A stretch of 64,000 nt of DNA, taken from positions 62,001 to 126,000 of the forward strand of contig JBGAIN010000002.1 in assembly GCA_044225505.1 (NCBI GenBank), read 5' to 3'. Below the pieces are notes generated by a model, which did no database searches, was not told the origin of the DNA, and was given only the letters and a program-made list of their open reading frames with translations. Within the stretch, counting starts at the first letter, position 1. Every line of letters starts with the position of its first letter. The DNA comes from Limisphaerales bacterium. GTDB taxonomy: Bacteria > Verrucomicrobiota > Verrucomicrobiia > Limisphaerales > SIBE01. The position numbers were made by a program, and so were the translations under genes. Below are positions 48,715 to 59,787 of the stretch, piece after piece.

Positions 48715-49614
48715 GTGAATGCACCAGTTCATTCTCGCTTCGTTGCCATCTCCCTTTCTTCGTTCACTCTTTTGTCTGCACCAGCCGCTGCTGCTGCCCC
48801 GGAACCGCCACTGAAGGAATTGCCCGACAAGAGTGGCTACTCGCTCATTCATCCGACTCCCGAGGCGTTCATGCGTGAAATGACCACCGATCGTCCGGAC
48901 AAGACGGAAAGCCCCTACACGGTCGACGCCGGACATTTCCAATTGGAAATGGATATCCTGAATTACAGTTACGACCGCTACAATGTAGAGCGTGCCGACG
49001 TGCGCAGCGAAGAGGTCGGCATCGGCGCCGTGAACCTCAAATTGGGAATTCTGAACCAGTGGGATTTACAGTGGATCTTACCGCTCTACACCGCGACGCG
49101 GTTTCACGATTTACGGACGAGTCAGGTGGAGAATCGGCGCGGTTTCGGCGACATGGTGTTGCGCAGCAAATTCAATTTATGGGGCAATGATTCTGGTTCG
49201 ACGGCACTGGCGTTTATGCCAGCTCTAAAGCTGCCAACGAACACGGGCGAGACGGGGAACAACTCGGTGGAAGGCAGCCTCATCATCCCCTTTGGGTGCG
49301 AGTTGCCTTGGGGATGGGGACTCGGAGCAATGACCGAACTGGATTTCATTCGAAACGGTACCGGGAGCAATCATCACCTCGAGTTTATCAACACCGTTAC
49401 GGTCGGTCGCACGATTTACGGCAAGCTGGGTGGCTATTTGGAATTCTTCAGCCTGGTGAGTACAGAGTCCGAGAGTGAATGGGAGGGAACGGTGGATATC
49501 GGATTCACCTACGGCCTGACGGAGAACATCCAGTTCGATGCCGGCGTCAACCTTGGAGTTACCCGGTCGGCAGACGACGTCAATCCGTTCCTCGGTTTGT
49601 CCGTTCGATTTTAA
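48715..49614 (+). CDS. Outer-membrane beta-barrel 'transporter' (Phenol_MetA_deg-like)
   Basis: Signal peptide, [41 protein letters not shown]-terminal GLSVRF. GTG at 48715 preferred because TTG 48679 is the -35 box. Confidence 0.8.
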   Translation: MNAPVHSRFVAISLSSFTLLSAPAAAAAPEPPLKELPDKSGYSLIHPTPEAFMREMTTDRPDKTESPYTVDAGHFQLEMDILNYSYDRYNVERADVRSEEVGIGAVNLKLGILNQWDLQWILPLYTATRFHDLRTSQVENRRGFGDMVLRSKFNLWGNDSGSTALAFMPALKLPTNTGETGNNSVEGSLIIPFGCELPWGWGLGAMTELDFIRNGTGSNHHLEFINTVTVGRTIYGKLGGYLEFFSLVSTESESEWEGTVDIGFTYGLTENIQFDAGVNLGVTRSADDVNPFLGLSVRF

Positions 49615-49624
49615 AATTTGGCCT

Positions 49625-51001
49625 ATGAGTACAGAGAAGCTTGGAGGAATCCCGGCAGAGCAAGGATGGCGGCTAGCGTCTGAAACGCCGAGTCTGCAGG
49701 AAGTTCACCGATCGATTACCATCCCGCGCGGACTGGGATTTTGGCGCAAATTGCTGGCTTTTTCGGGACCTGGCTACCTTGTGGCGGTCGGTTACATGGA
49801 TCCGGGTAACTGGGCCACCGATCTGGCCGGCGGTTCGGCGTTTGGTTACACCCTCCTCAGTGTCATTCTCCTTTCGAATCTGATGGCGATCTTGCTGCAG
49901 TCCCTCTGCGCGAAGTTGGGGATTGTGACCGGGCGCGATCTCGCGCAAGCCTGTCGGGATCACTATTCCCGTCCGACGGCCATGATTCTGTGGTTCCTGT
50001 GCGAGGTAGCCATTTGCGCATGCGACCTGGCCGAAGTGATCGGATCCGCGATCGCGTTGAATCTTTTATTTCACATTCCTTTGACTTGGGGCGTCTGCAT
50101 TACCGCGCTGGACGTGCTTGCCGTCATGTATTTGCAGAATAAAGGGTTTCGCTACATCGAAGCTCTGGTCGTCACGCTTATTCTCACGATTGGCGGCTGT
50201 TTCCTGGCGGAGATCATCTTCTCCAAGCCTAGCGTGCGGGAGATCATGGGTGGGCTCGTGCCGAGCTTTGAGATCATCCGGAATCCGCAGATGCTCTACG
50301 TCGCCATCGGCATTCTCGGAGCGACGGTGATGCCGCACAACCTTTACCTGCACTCCTCGATCGTTCAAACCCGCAAGTACGAGCAGAATGCGCAAGGCAA
50401 GTCCGAGGCGATTGTCTTTGCCACGATCGATTCGACCGTTGCTCTCATGTTTGCCCTCTTTATTAATGCGGCAATCCTCATCGTCGCGGCGGCGACTTTC
50501 CATACGCGCGGCCAGCACGACGTGGCCGAGATTCAAGACGCATACAAACTGCTCACCCCAACTTTAGGCGCTTCGCTGGCGAGCGTCCTGTTTGGCGTTG
50601 CGCTCTTGGCTTCCGGCCAGAATTCGACTCTCACCGGAACGCTCGCCGGACAAATTGTGATGGAGGGATTCCTGCAGATCAGACTACGGCCGTGGTTGCG
50701 CCGGCTCTTGACCAGGCTTATCGCAATCGTCCCGGCGGTCATTACGACCATCATCTACGGGGAGAGTGGAACGGCCAAACTGCTGGTTTTTAGCCAAGTG
50801 GTCTTGAGTTTGCAGCTCTCGTTTGCGGTCATTCCGCTGGTGATATTCACTAGCAGCCGCCAGAAAATGGGAGAGTTCGTCAATCCGATTTGGGTCAAAG
50901 TGCTCGCTTGGACCACCGCCGCTATCATCGTTTCGCTCAACGTGAAATTCTTGCTGGATTTTACCGGCCTGACAGGATGGATTCATCGCCTAATCGCCTA
51001 A
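49625..51001 (+). CDS. mntH: Nramp-family divalent metal (Mn2+) transporter
   Basis: [66 protein letters not shown]. Confidence 0.95.
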   Translation: MSTEKLGGIPAEQGWRLASETPSLQEVHRSITIPRGLGFWRKLLAFSGPGYLVAVGYMDPGNWATDLAGGSAFGYTLLSVILLSNLMAILLQSLCAKLGIVTGRDLAQACRDHYSRPTAMILWFLCEVAICACDLAEVIGSAIALNLLFHIPLTWGVCITALDVLAVMYLQNKGFRYIEALVVTLILTIGGCFLAEIIFSKPSVREIMGGLVPSFEIIRNPQMLYVAIGILGATVMPHNLYLHSSIVQTRKYEQNAQGKSEAIVFATIDSTVALMFALFINAAILIVAAATFHTRGQHDVAEIQDAYKLLTPTLGASLASVLFGVALLASGQNSTLTGTLAGQIVMEGFLQIRLRPWLRRLLTRLIAIVPAVITTIIYGESGTAKLLVFSQVVLSLQLSFAVIPLVIFTSSRQKMGEFVNPIWVKVLAWTTAAIIVSLNVKFLLDFTGLTGWIHRLIA

Positions 51002-51007
51002 GTCACC

Positions 51008-51439
51008 ATGTACCGCAAAATCCTGGTTGCACTGGAAAACAGTCGAGCGGACGACAGCTTGATTCCGCATGTTTCAGCGCTAGCGAAGCAACTGGCGTCG
51101 CAGTTACTTTTGTTGCACGTGGCGGACGGCTGGGCAGCCCGACATTTCGAGCATCTGAAGCTGGCGGAATCTGAAGAAATGCGGGACGACCGTCTCTACC
51201 TTGAATCCATTGCCGATCGTTTGCGCTCGGAAGGATTGGAGGTGTCCGCCCGTTTAGCGCTGGGCGATCCACCCGCGGAGATCCTCAAGACCGCTGAGCA
51301 GGAACAGTGCGACTTGATCGCCATGACTACCCATGGTCATCGGCTGCTGGGTGATCTGCTATTCGGAAGCACCATTCATGAGGTCCGACACCGGAGCTCC
51401 ATTCCGATTCTTTTAGTGCGGGCAGTTAAGAAAGCATAG
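51008..51439 (+). CDS. Universal stress protein
   Basis: MYRKILVAL, LLHV, GDPPAEIL, DLIAMTTHGHR..DLLFGST, IPILLV. Confidence 0.92.
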   Translation: MYRKILVALENSRADDSLIPHVSALAKQLASQLLLLHVADGWAARHFEHLKLAESEEMRDDRLYLESIADRLRSEGLEVSARLALGDPPAEILKTAEQEQCDLIAMTTHGHRLLGDLLFGSTIHEVRHRSSIPILLVRAVKKA

Positions 51440-51665
51440 CTTCGGCGTAACCTGTCGGTGCACGGGAACTGTCGATCACTCCCCCGACAGGAACATTCCA
51501 GAAACCACGTGTGATTTCGACAAACGCCGGAAGGTCTAACCCCCGTCGATTCCATTCTAGGTCTTGAGCGATTGCTCGCTGTCTTCTCCGAGGTTGCAAA
51601 GGCCTCGGGAGATTTCCTCGAGTTGAGCTTGCCCCCGCACCGGCCTTGGTCCTTACAATTCGGCC

Positions 51666-53849
51666 ATGCCCCCACGTCCACAACTCACAGTCGGGTCGGT
51701 TGAGATCCTGCGATTGGCTCTGGTGGATCATCGCGCGCGACGCATCTCAAGGGCGGCTGCAACGTTGGCAAGGCCCTCGGTCGTGTGCCTCGTCCTGCTG
51801 CTGGCCTGGGCCCGATTCACCTGCGCCTCGGATTTTGCCATCACGGACACGACGCCGCCACGAATCGAAATCACCGAGAGCGGCCTTCCCTTGCTGCAAT
51901 CTCCGCCAGAAGGATTGTGGTCTGTGGCGACGCACTGGACAGATGGCTTCCCGAGCCACTGGGTGCACGCCAGTCCGGAAAAGGTGGAACGCTCTGGGAC
52001 TTGGACAATTCTTTCCGGTAAAGCTGTCTTAGCAGGCGGAGTGCTCGAACTCCGAGATGCCTATCGAGTGGAAGACGGCCTAGTGCACGGGCTCCGCCGC
52101 TGGACTTGGACGGGCAAAGAAACGTTGCCCCGCTGCACGCTGGCAGTGAGGTGGATAGCGGCCGGAGCAGCACATGCGAAACCGATGCTTCCAGGGGTCC
52201 TCATCTACGGAAATCCAAACGGAGAGAAAACCGGCAATCACGCGGTCATTGTTCATCGGGGCGACGCAGGAGACAGGACTTTCGTGGAGGAACATCGCTT
52301 GTCAGCGCCTTGGGCTTCGATCGAATGGCAAGACGGAACGGTTTTTCGCGCCGCCGCCCTGCACACGGTTCCCTCGCCCGCTTTCGGGGCAAATCAAAAC
52401 GATCAGTGGTGGACGTTAGGAATCACGTCACAGACCAATTCCACTGAACTCTCAGCGCTCTCGGGAGCAACCGCGGCGAATCACCGCAACAGCGTCGTGA
52501 AAGCGCTGCAAGAGAAGTTTCTCGAATACCCGGACACGTGGCTGAACCTTCCTCCGGGCGCAGTCGTCGAGAAGAGTTTTTACCTGGAAGTGACTCCGCA
52601 AGTCGCGCCGGGCAGCGGATTTCGCCCAGCGCTGCGCACGGCCATGCATTTATTCCCGTGCGGCTGGACGGACGATCTGCCGCGGTGCCACGACATCCTT
52701 CGAGAGAAGTACCAGTTTGCGCTCTCGCGCTTTCGTGACCGGGCGACGGACCCAGGATTCGAAATGTTCCCGGATTATGTGCCTGGGACACGTTACGTGA
52801 TGGGTTGGTGCGGCCAAGCGGATGCAGCTGGATACGCCATGTTGGCCCTGGCCGGACGTCTTGGGGATCCAAAGATGCGGAGTTACGGAGAACGTTCGCT
52901 CAATCTGCTCGCTCAATCTCCGTTCAACACGAACGGCTTCCTCCTGGATTACAACGCCGACACGGGGCAGTGGGCGGCACAGGACCCAGTCTCGCAAGGA
53001 CAGGCTATGGAGAGTTTCGCCCGGGCCGTTCGCGCGGGGCGTCAAAGCCAAGGCATCAACCCAGCACCTTGGGAAAAGTTTTTCAAACGCGCTTGTCAGG
53101 TCCATGCCGCGCGCATTCTAGATCCCACCTGGAAACCGGTGAACACAGCGGAAGCCTTTTTCATTTCTCCCCTGTGCAAGGGACATCAGCTGTTAGGAGA
53201 CCCGGATTTCAAGCGTGCTGCCGTTAAAGCAGGCGAGTATTACGCCCAACGCCACCTTACGATGGGAGAGCCTTACTGGGGCGGCACTCTGGACGCCCGT
53301 TGTGAGGATAAGGAAGGGGCGTGGGCGGGTTTCCAAGCGTTCCTCGCGCTCTACGAATTGACCCACGAACCCAAGTACCTCGACTGGGCGACACACGCCC
53401 TGGACGTCATGCTCTCCTATACCGTTCTCTGGGATATCGATCTTCCCGCGGGCCGACTCCGAGATCTACGCTTGAAGACGCGCGGCTGGACCATTGTCTC
53501 AGCTCAAAACCAGCATCTTGACGTATTTGGCGTGGTGGCAACGCCCGAGATTTGGCGGATGGGCGACTATCTGCACCGCGACGACCTCAAACGGTTGGCC
53601 GCGGTCATGTTTCGTTCGTGTGGTCAACGGATCGATCCGTTTGGCAGCCAAGGCGAACAGATTCAGCACACGAACTTCGCCCAGCATGGGGACATGTCCA
53701 ATGTCTTCCGGCTGCGCGGCGGTTACAGCGAAAGCTGGACCGTGTTCTGGATCACAGCGCATTTTCTCAACGCCGCTGCTGAGTTTGAATGGATGGGCGT
53801 GGATCTGGACGCCGTGGAGCAATCGATCGCGCAGGGGAAACGCCCTTAG
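51666..53849 (+). CDS. Large secreted hypothetical protein, possible (alpha/alpha)-barrel glycosidase-like
   Basis: 727-aa ORF with signal-like VVCLVLLLAWARFTCA. C-terminal helical repeats: YWGGTLDARCEDKEG, LYELTHEPKYLDWA, GWTIVSAQNQHLD. Start uncertain. Confidence 0.6.
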   Translation: MPPRPQLTVGSVEILRLALVDHRARRISRAAATLARPSVVCLVLLLAWARFTCASDFAITDTTPPRIEITESGLPLLQSPPEGLWSVATHWTDGFPSHWVHASPEKVERSGTWTILSGKAVLAGGVLELRDAYRVEDGLVHGLRRWTWTGKETLPRCTLAVRWIAAGAAHAKPMLPGVLIYGNPNGEKTGNHAVIVHRGDAGDRTFVEEHRLSAPWASIEWQDGTVFRAAALHTVPSPAFGANQNDQWWTLGITSQTNSTELSALSGATAANHRNSVVKALQEKFLEYPDTWLNLPPGAVVEKSFYLEVTPQVAPGSGFRPALRTAMHLFPCGWTDDLPRCHDILREKYQFALSRFRDRATDPGFEMFPDYVPGTRYVMGWCGQADAAGYAMLALAGRLGDPKMRSYGERSLNLLAQSPFNTNGFLLDYNADTGQWAAQDPVSQGQAMESFARAVRAGRQSQGINPAPWEKFFKRACQVHAARILDPTWKPVNTAEAFFISPLCKGHQLLGDPDFKRAAVKAGEYYAQRHLTMGEPYWGGTLDARCEDKEGAWAGFQAFLALYELTHEPKYLDWATHALDVMLSYTVLWDIDLPAGRLRDLRLKTRGWTIVSAQNQHLDVFGVVATPEIWRMGDYLHRDDLKRLAAVMFRSCGQRIDPFGSQGEQIQHTNFAQHGDMSNVFRLRGGYSESWTVFWITAHFLNAAAEFEWMGVDLDAVEQSIAQGKRP

Positions 53850-53950
53850 CGTGGCCGCTGTGGCTCACGTCGCAGTAACATACCAGGACATCGGCAGGAT
53901 CTCTTTCGCCGCGCGGGTTGGGGGCGCCGCAGTTCCCTTGTTGTTTCTGG

Positions 53951-54042
53951 TCAGTCCCGGAGGGACCCGGCGAGACTAGCCCGGTCGCTTTAGCGCCGGG
54001 GATGGCGGTAGAAGGAGACCCAAGCCCCGGAGGGGCGGCTGA
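53951..54042. repeat. Stand-alone REP-like cassette, homologous to the left cassette inside the MITE
   Basis: TCAGTCCCGGAGGGAC ... AGCCCGGTCGCTTTAGCGCCGGG ... CCCAAGCCCCGGAGGGGCGGCTGA, near-identical blocks to 24308-24398. Confidence 0.8.
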
Positions 54043-54224
54043 ACTCAGCCCCGAAATGTCGTTATTGGGACGCGATCCCCTGGGTTTCTCCTAAGCCAAG
54101 GTCCTTTCCCCTAAAGGCCCAGGCTCTGACTCGTGAGTCACCCATTCCGATTACCAACTCATTCCCTCGCTCCATTCTCCGAGTCGCCATCGTTTTTCTG
54201 CGCGGCTCGTGGCATGTTCAGCGC

Positions 54225-56920
54225 ATGGGCCATCGTCTCCTCGCGAAGTCACCAGTCTCAGACTGGTTCTACAAGACTTTCAGGAAGCCGACACCGCCGC
54301 AAGCGGCGGCTTGGCCCAAGCTCTTGGCTCACGAGAATGTTCTCGTGGTGTCGCCGACCGGCACGGGCAAAACCCTGGCCGCTTTCCTGGTCGTCTTAAA
54401 CGAACTGGCGCTCCTTCACGCCCGCCAAAGCCTGGGCAACACCATCTACGCGATTTATATCTCTCCCCTGCGGGCACTGAGCTATGACCTTGAGAAAAAC
54501 TTGAACGAGCCGCTCCGACAGAGCTACGCGGGTGCCCCTCCTATTCGAGTCGGTTTGCGCACAGGGGACACCTCACCCGCTGAACGCCAGAAGCAGTTCA
54601 CCAAACCCCCGCACATCCTCCTCACCACCCCGGAGAGTCTCTGCCTGCTTCTGACCCAGCGCAAGTGGTTACCCCTGCTCAGCACAGTGCGCTGGGTCAT
54701 CGTTGATGAAATCCACGCGTTAGCGGAAAACAAGCGCGGCTCGCACCTGAGCTTGAGCTTGGAGCGGTTAGATAATCTCCGGGCCTCGAGCCCCGCCCAG
54801 GTGCCCAGCGAGCGAGAATCCACGGCGCGTATGGATTGTGTGCCAGGGGCACCGACCCAAAGCCCGATGCAGCGCATTGGGCTTTCCGCCACCGTGGCGC
54901 CGCTGGAGGAAGTGGCGCGGTTTCTCGTTGGAAAGGACCGCGCCTGTGCCATCGTCGACGCGACAAGCACAAAGAAGATCGATTTGCGCGTCTACTCTCC
55001 GCTCGGGAAGAACCCTTACCCCAGATCTGGATATACCGGCGCACGCTTGATTCGGGAACTGGCGCGACTCGTGACGCGCAATCGAACGACCCTGGTGTTT
55101 ACCAATACCCGTTCCGGCGCTGAGGCGGCGAGCTATTGGCTACGCGAAGCATTGCCGCAATTGGCGGAGCAAATCGCCTGTCACCACGCTTCCTTGGATC
55201 GGGACGTTCGCCAGGAAGTCGAAGATCGGTTAAAGCGGGGGGAACTGCGCGCCGTGGTCTGTTCAACCAGCCTGGAGTTGGGAATCGATATCGGATCGAT
55301 CGACCTGGTCGTGATGCTTTCAACCCCAAAGGGCGTGAGCCGCGCGTTGCAGCGGACCGGGCGATCCGGACACAACATAAAATCGGTCAGTCGCGGATTG
55401 CTCATGGCGACCAACCTGAACGACTTGGTCGAATGCTGCGCGACGGCCCTGCTCGCGCGAGCCAAACACTTGGATACAGTGCGTATTCCCACGGCGCCGC
55501 TTGACGTTTTGGCGCAGCATTTGGCGAGCATGGGCTGCGTTCAATCCTGGACCGTTCGCGACGCCTATCACCTCGTCACGCAGGCCTACCCCTACCAGGC
55601 TCTCACCGAGGCGGAGTTCGAAGCGGTTCTTGATTATTTGGCCGGCGGTGGCAAGTCGCTCCGGAAGCAGTACGAAAACATGTTCGGCAAAATCGTGCGG
55701 GATACCGAGACGTTTGAGACCAAGCCTGGCATGGTGCAACGTGACCTGCTGCAGAACATCGGCGTTATTCCGAACGAGGGAATGGTGCGCGTCTCAACCA
55801 CCAAAGGCCGCGGCCTCGGCATGCTCGAAGAGAGTTTCATCCGCCAATTGCAAATTGGTGACATTTTCATCCTGGCCGGTCGCGCCGTTCGTTTTGAACG
55901 AATGAGCGTGATGGAGTGTTTTGTGAGCCTGGCGCAAGGCGCTACGCCGACGGTGCCGCGCTGGAATGCGAACAAGATGCCGCTCACGAACAAAGTCGCG
56001 GACGAAATCGTGGCGTTTCGGAGCGAATTGCAGCCATTTGAAAGCGGGAGAATGGGATGAGTCGTCGGCTGTAAACTGGATCGAACAACGCCTGAGCTGC
56101 GGCCAGGCCAATGCCCAAATCATCCATCGCATGTACACCGCGCAAGCTGCGCTTTCGGATATCCCGACGGCGGACTTTCTCCTGGTGGAGGAATACAGTC
56201 CGAGGGCAGAAGAGGTCGAGATCTTGCGCCGTCATGCCCAAGGCCAGGGCTATCAAACCAGCTCTCGTCCTCGGGGTTATTCGGGAGCGCGCCATTATTT
56301 CTTTCATTCGTTGGTGGGGCGCGCCGCTAACGAAGCGCTCTCTCGGGTCGTGGCTCTCCGGCTCGGGCGACTCAAAGCGGGCAAGAATGCCGTGGCTACC
56401 GCAGATGACTATGGCTTCGTCCTGAGTGTGGCAGCCGATCAACTCGTCGACGCATCGGATCTGCCCGGTCTGCTCACAACCGAACGTTTCGCCGATGATC
56501 TGCACGATTCGCTCTCCCGCTCGGAGTTGTTGAAATACCACTTTCGCAATGCGGCGCAGACCGGGATGATGGTGTACCGGAACTATTTTGGAGATCAGAA
56601 ATCGCTGCGAAAGGTGCAGTGGTCGTCCGAGATCATCTTCAACGTGCTGCTGCAGTACGAACCCGATCATGTTTTGCTGCGCGAAGCCCGGCGTGACGCG
56701 GTTCACACCTACATCGATTTAGAGCGAGCCGAGGACTATCTGCGATATATCGAAAAGCGCGAGATGCGCTTGCAGCGCGTGCATTGTGCCACCTTTGTCG
56801 TTCGCGATGTTTGCCACCAAAATCAAAGAAGCATTGCTGGTTGAGGGACCCACGCGAGATGGAGCGGCTCTTCCACTCTTTGGTGGAGAAGATTGAGCAA
56901 TCGACCCCGGGCACGCCGTA
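54225..56920 (+). CDS. lhr: Lhr-core DEAD/H-box helicase, frameshifted at ~56030 and ~56785
   Basis: PTGTGKTLAAF, YISPLRAL, TTPESL, VDEIH, RIGLSAT, HHASL, TSLELGIDIG, QRTGRSGH, PLDVLAQHL. Continues in ORF 55966..56844, then in a further frame (VPPLSFAMFATKIKEALLVE). Confidence 0.85.
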
Positions 56921-56942
56921 ACATAAGCATCGTCCTCTCTGT

Positions 56943-57640
56943 ATGCGCATCGGTTCGAAATCGGATCGAATCTGGTTGACGCCCGTCGTGCCATCTGGTT
57001 TGCGGGAAGAACAGGCACTAGCGGTCGCCGATCTGCATCTGGGATACGCCTGGGCGCGCCACGCGGGCCATCTCCCGCCACTTCCGCGCCGGATAGCCGC
57101 CGTTGCCGCACCTTCTTGCACTCTGCTCGGGTATCAGCCGCGCCAAATCGTTTTCTGGGTGATATCGTGCACAAAGCTTTGGATATCCCGAGCATCACGA
57201 GCGAACTGGATATCACTTTGCGTGCCGCTGCGTCGGTGCCAGATCCGCTTGGTCGCAGGCATGATCGTCATTTGGCCATAAGCTCTTAGCCAACCTGTGC
57301 TTCCTGGGAGTTGGAATCCCCGTGGCCTGTCGGCTCGCACCACCTGCGCCATGACCTTGAGCCAGGAACTGCCATTGTGGGCGGAGCCAACGTTCCAAAA
57401 CGTCGCCGATTCACGGTCATCGGCCAGGCACCCAGCGGCCAGTGCGCTTATCCGGCTTCGCGAGCTCCAAGTGCCCTGTTTCCTGGTGGGTAAGCGCGTG
57501 ATTGCTCCCGGCCTTCTCGGATTGGGCAGCAGGCGTGACGCCAGATCGAGGGCTTTATGTCCGAAACGGCGCGAAGCGAGGAATTCACTCGGGTAATCGC
57601 CATTGTCGCCGGAAAGCTCTCCCCGTTCTGGCCCGGACTT
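56943..57640 (+). pseudogene. Lhr-associated metallophosphoesterase (MPE/PdeM-like), multiply frameshifted
   Basis: Motifs spread over several frames: ALAVADLHLGY, GDIVH, LVAG..HD, GH.HP-like, PCFL, LPAFSDWAAG. Confidence 0.75.
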
Positions 57641-57704
57641 CAATTGTGCGCCCGCCGCGAATGCCACAACTCGGTTCTCAATCTCGTGACATGAAACCTC
57701 AGTG

Positions 57705-58090
57705 CGGATTCGGAAATGATTGATCGCGGGATTTATCCTATTCAGTCCCGGAAGGGACAGAATATCTGGTCGGCGTAATTCTATTCCAGTCCCGGAAGGG
57801 ACAGGCGGCGAGAAAGGGCCCGGTCGCTTTATCTCCGGTTCTTCCAGTTCAATGCCAATCCCGCCGTCCCGTCGGGAGGAACTGACTCGGGTCACGGCGA
57901 GGGCGTTCCATCCGGGGCGCCAGGAGGCAATTACCGAATCAGCAATCGCCGGGAGAATTGCGCCTTCCGTAGCCCGCCCCTGTGCGTCCGTTCCTCAACC
58001 AGATTGTTCACAAGCTGCTGCGATTAATTTTCTGCGGCTTCATGCGGTTACTCATCAATTTGTCCGTGTCGGCGTGCGGCTAAAACGCCG
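57705..58090. repeat. Degenerate/scrambled second copy of 24255-24770 (MITE plus flanks)
   Basis: Shared blocks in the same order: ATTCGGAAATGAT, CTATTCAGTCCCGGAAGGGACAG, GCGGCGAGAAAGGG, GCCGTCCCGTCGGGA, CCATCCGGGGCGCCAGGAGGCAATTACCGAAT, CCAGATTGTTCACAAGCTG, ACTCATCAATTTGTCCGTGTCGGC. Confidence 0.85.
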
Positions 58091-58131
58091 AGCTTTTGTC
58101 ACTTGCCAGCGATAAGTGGGGTCTGTAGGAG

Positions 58132-59083
58132 TCAGTCCGCCAGATACGTGATGTCCTGTGTTCGGCAAAGTCTCTCACGATTGTTTGGGCCGCCTGACAC
58201 ATCATCCGGCGGCGTAGCCAGCCGCGCCCATCGGGACGCGCGGCGATCCATTAGGCATCGTCGTTTCTCCGTAACCGCTGGGCGACGCGACCTTCCTGAT
58301 CCCCTTGCGCCCGTCGCCTCAACTCCTTTGGATCCCACCCACGCCGCTTGAGTTCCTCCTCAAAGTTCGTGCGGCCTTTTCTTCCGCGCTCTCTCGCGCT
58401 TCCGCCTCTTGATGACGCCCCATCTTCCCGTCCATCCGGGCCAGCAACTCACGCCGAAAGTCCTCATCCCCAAATACCACCCCACGCCCCATCGAATCCC
58501 CTCGGGCTGGTCAGGCGTCGTCGCTCTTCGGTTTTTGCCCTTCAATTCACGCCGTCCCTGCCGCACTGTCTTTGGGTCGTGCATCTCCCCCAAAGCCGAT
58601 CCACTCGCAGCCACTTCGGTCGCTGCCGCGAGATGCAAGATCCCGCATAGCTGCTCAGGGAGTATTGGCGCAGTGGCTCCTTCGCCTTCAAGATTTGGCC
58701 TGCGCTGGATTCAAATGCACGTAGTCACAAGCCGTTCTCAAGTAGCCGTGGCCGCCCGTCCACTGGCAACGCTTTATATATCGTCCGCTAAACAAGTGCC
58801 CCACCATCCGGTGCCGACGGTTAAAACCGCGAGGTGTAAGTTCCCAAAACCACTTCATGCCATCGACCAGGTTAGGTTCCGGCGTCTCCACCACCGCATG
58901 GAAGTGATTTCTTCATCGTTACGCATGCGCACCTGCCAGGCCAGTCTTTCGCACACTTCGCTGAGGTCTTCCAGGAACTTCCGGCGATCCTGGTCATCCA
59001 CGAAAATTGTTCCCGTCGATTTCCTCTGACTCATCACGTGGTAAATCGCTCCCGGATATTGCACTCCTCAGCTTTCTCGCCAT
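58132..59083 (-). mobile_element. REP-associated tyrosine transposase (RAYT, Y1 HUH family), frameshifted
   Basis: MARKL..QYPGAIYHVMS, IFVDDQDRRKFLE, NHFHAVVETPEPNLVDGMKWF (HUH, 58881-58909), FNRRHRMVGHLFSGRY, DYVHLNP (catalytic Tyr), C-terminal WIAA...MGAAGY. Confidence 0.85.
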
Positions 59084-59159
59084 GCCATGAACCTGCCCTG
59101 CCTCACCTCAAGCGTCAAGATCTATATTGCATTCGGCGGGACTGACTGTGGGGTCGGCG

Positions 59160-59330
59160 TCAGTCCCGCAGATACGCATGTTCGGTGTTCGACAAGGGTT
59201 CCTCACGATTGTTTGAGCCCCGGACACATCCGGCGGCGTAGCCAGCCGCGCCCATCATCAAGGACGCGGCGATCCATTGCCAAGGTTTGCAGCTGCCCCC
59301 GACTTCGCTCACCACCTCCGCCAATCGCCA
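59160..59330 (-). pseudogene. Second copy of the RAYT 3' end
   Basis: WQWIAASLMMGAAGYAAGCVRGSNNREE...AYLRD*. CATCCGGCGGCGTAGCCAGCCGCGCCCATC is shared with ~58204-58232. Confidence 0.7.
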
Positions 59331-59339
59331 TGCCGTGTC

Positions 59340-59760
59340 GCTAGATTCATCAACGCGTCGCGGGACCTGAACCTTCCGTTCCTGCACACCACAATTCGCT
59401 CCTTCTTCGACCTTGAGTGGAACTGGTAGATTGAAATCAGTCGGATCTACTGGTGACGGCCCTCGGCATTTTGCAGTGCCGGGCCTCGGCGCTTGCGGAA
59501 TACCCTCGACGGGCGGCCGTGATATGTCGCACAGACCAGGAGCAAACTGCTCCGGGATTCGGTTGGGCCGTCGCGACGCGCGCGGGACCGGTGCCGCGGA
59601 CCCTCGATCGCCAGCTTTGGCTCGATACGACGGTTCGCCATGGGAGGAGAACCGCGCAGCAAAGTAAGGTGCGGGAGGAATAGGTAAGCGATGACGAGGG
59701 CGATTACGATTAGGACCATGACGGGCGTACCACGATGGAAACGGTTGGTGAATCGGGAGA
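59340..59760 (-). pseudogene. Possible degraded prepilin/pseudopilin (GspG-like) gene
   Basis: Hydrophobic VMVLIVIALVIAYLFLP preceded by an RFT-like segment; downstream frames are broken. Weak. Confidence 0.25.
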
Positions 59761-59787
59761 TCAGGGGATTTCGGCTCGTCTGGACGG

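Noticed and set aside
51440..51665. c-di-GMP-I riboswitch suggested by GCAAA and GGTCTAA words and a hairpin
   Set aside because: The elements are in the wrong order and the two-stem GEMM architecture is absent.
54043..54110. Possible 3' remnant of an IS200-like tnpA beside the REP cassette (minus strand QGIASQ*RHFGA)
   Set aside because: Too short and degenerate to support by eye.
56020..56060. Programmed frameshift in lhr
   Set aside because: No canonical slippery heptamer, and further indels follow downstream, so error or decay is more parsimonious.
57134..57895. 253-aa minus-strand ORF and other ORFs in 57-60.5 kb
   Set aside because: They run antisense across the MPE remnant and repeats in an indel-rich zone; no protein motifs.
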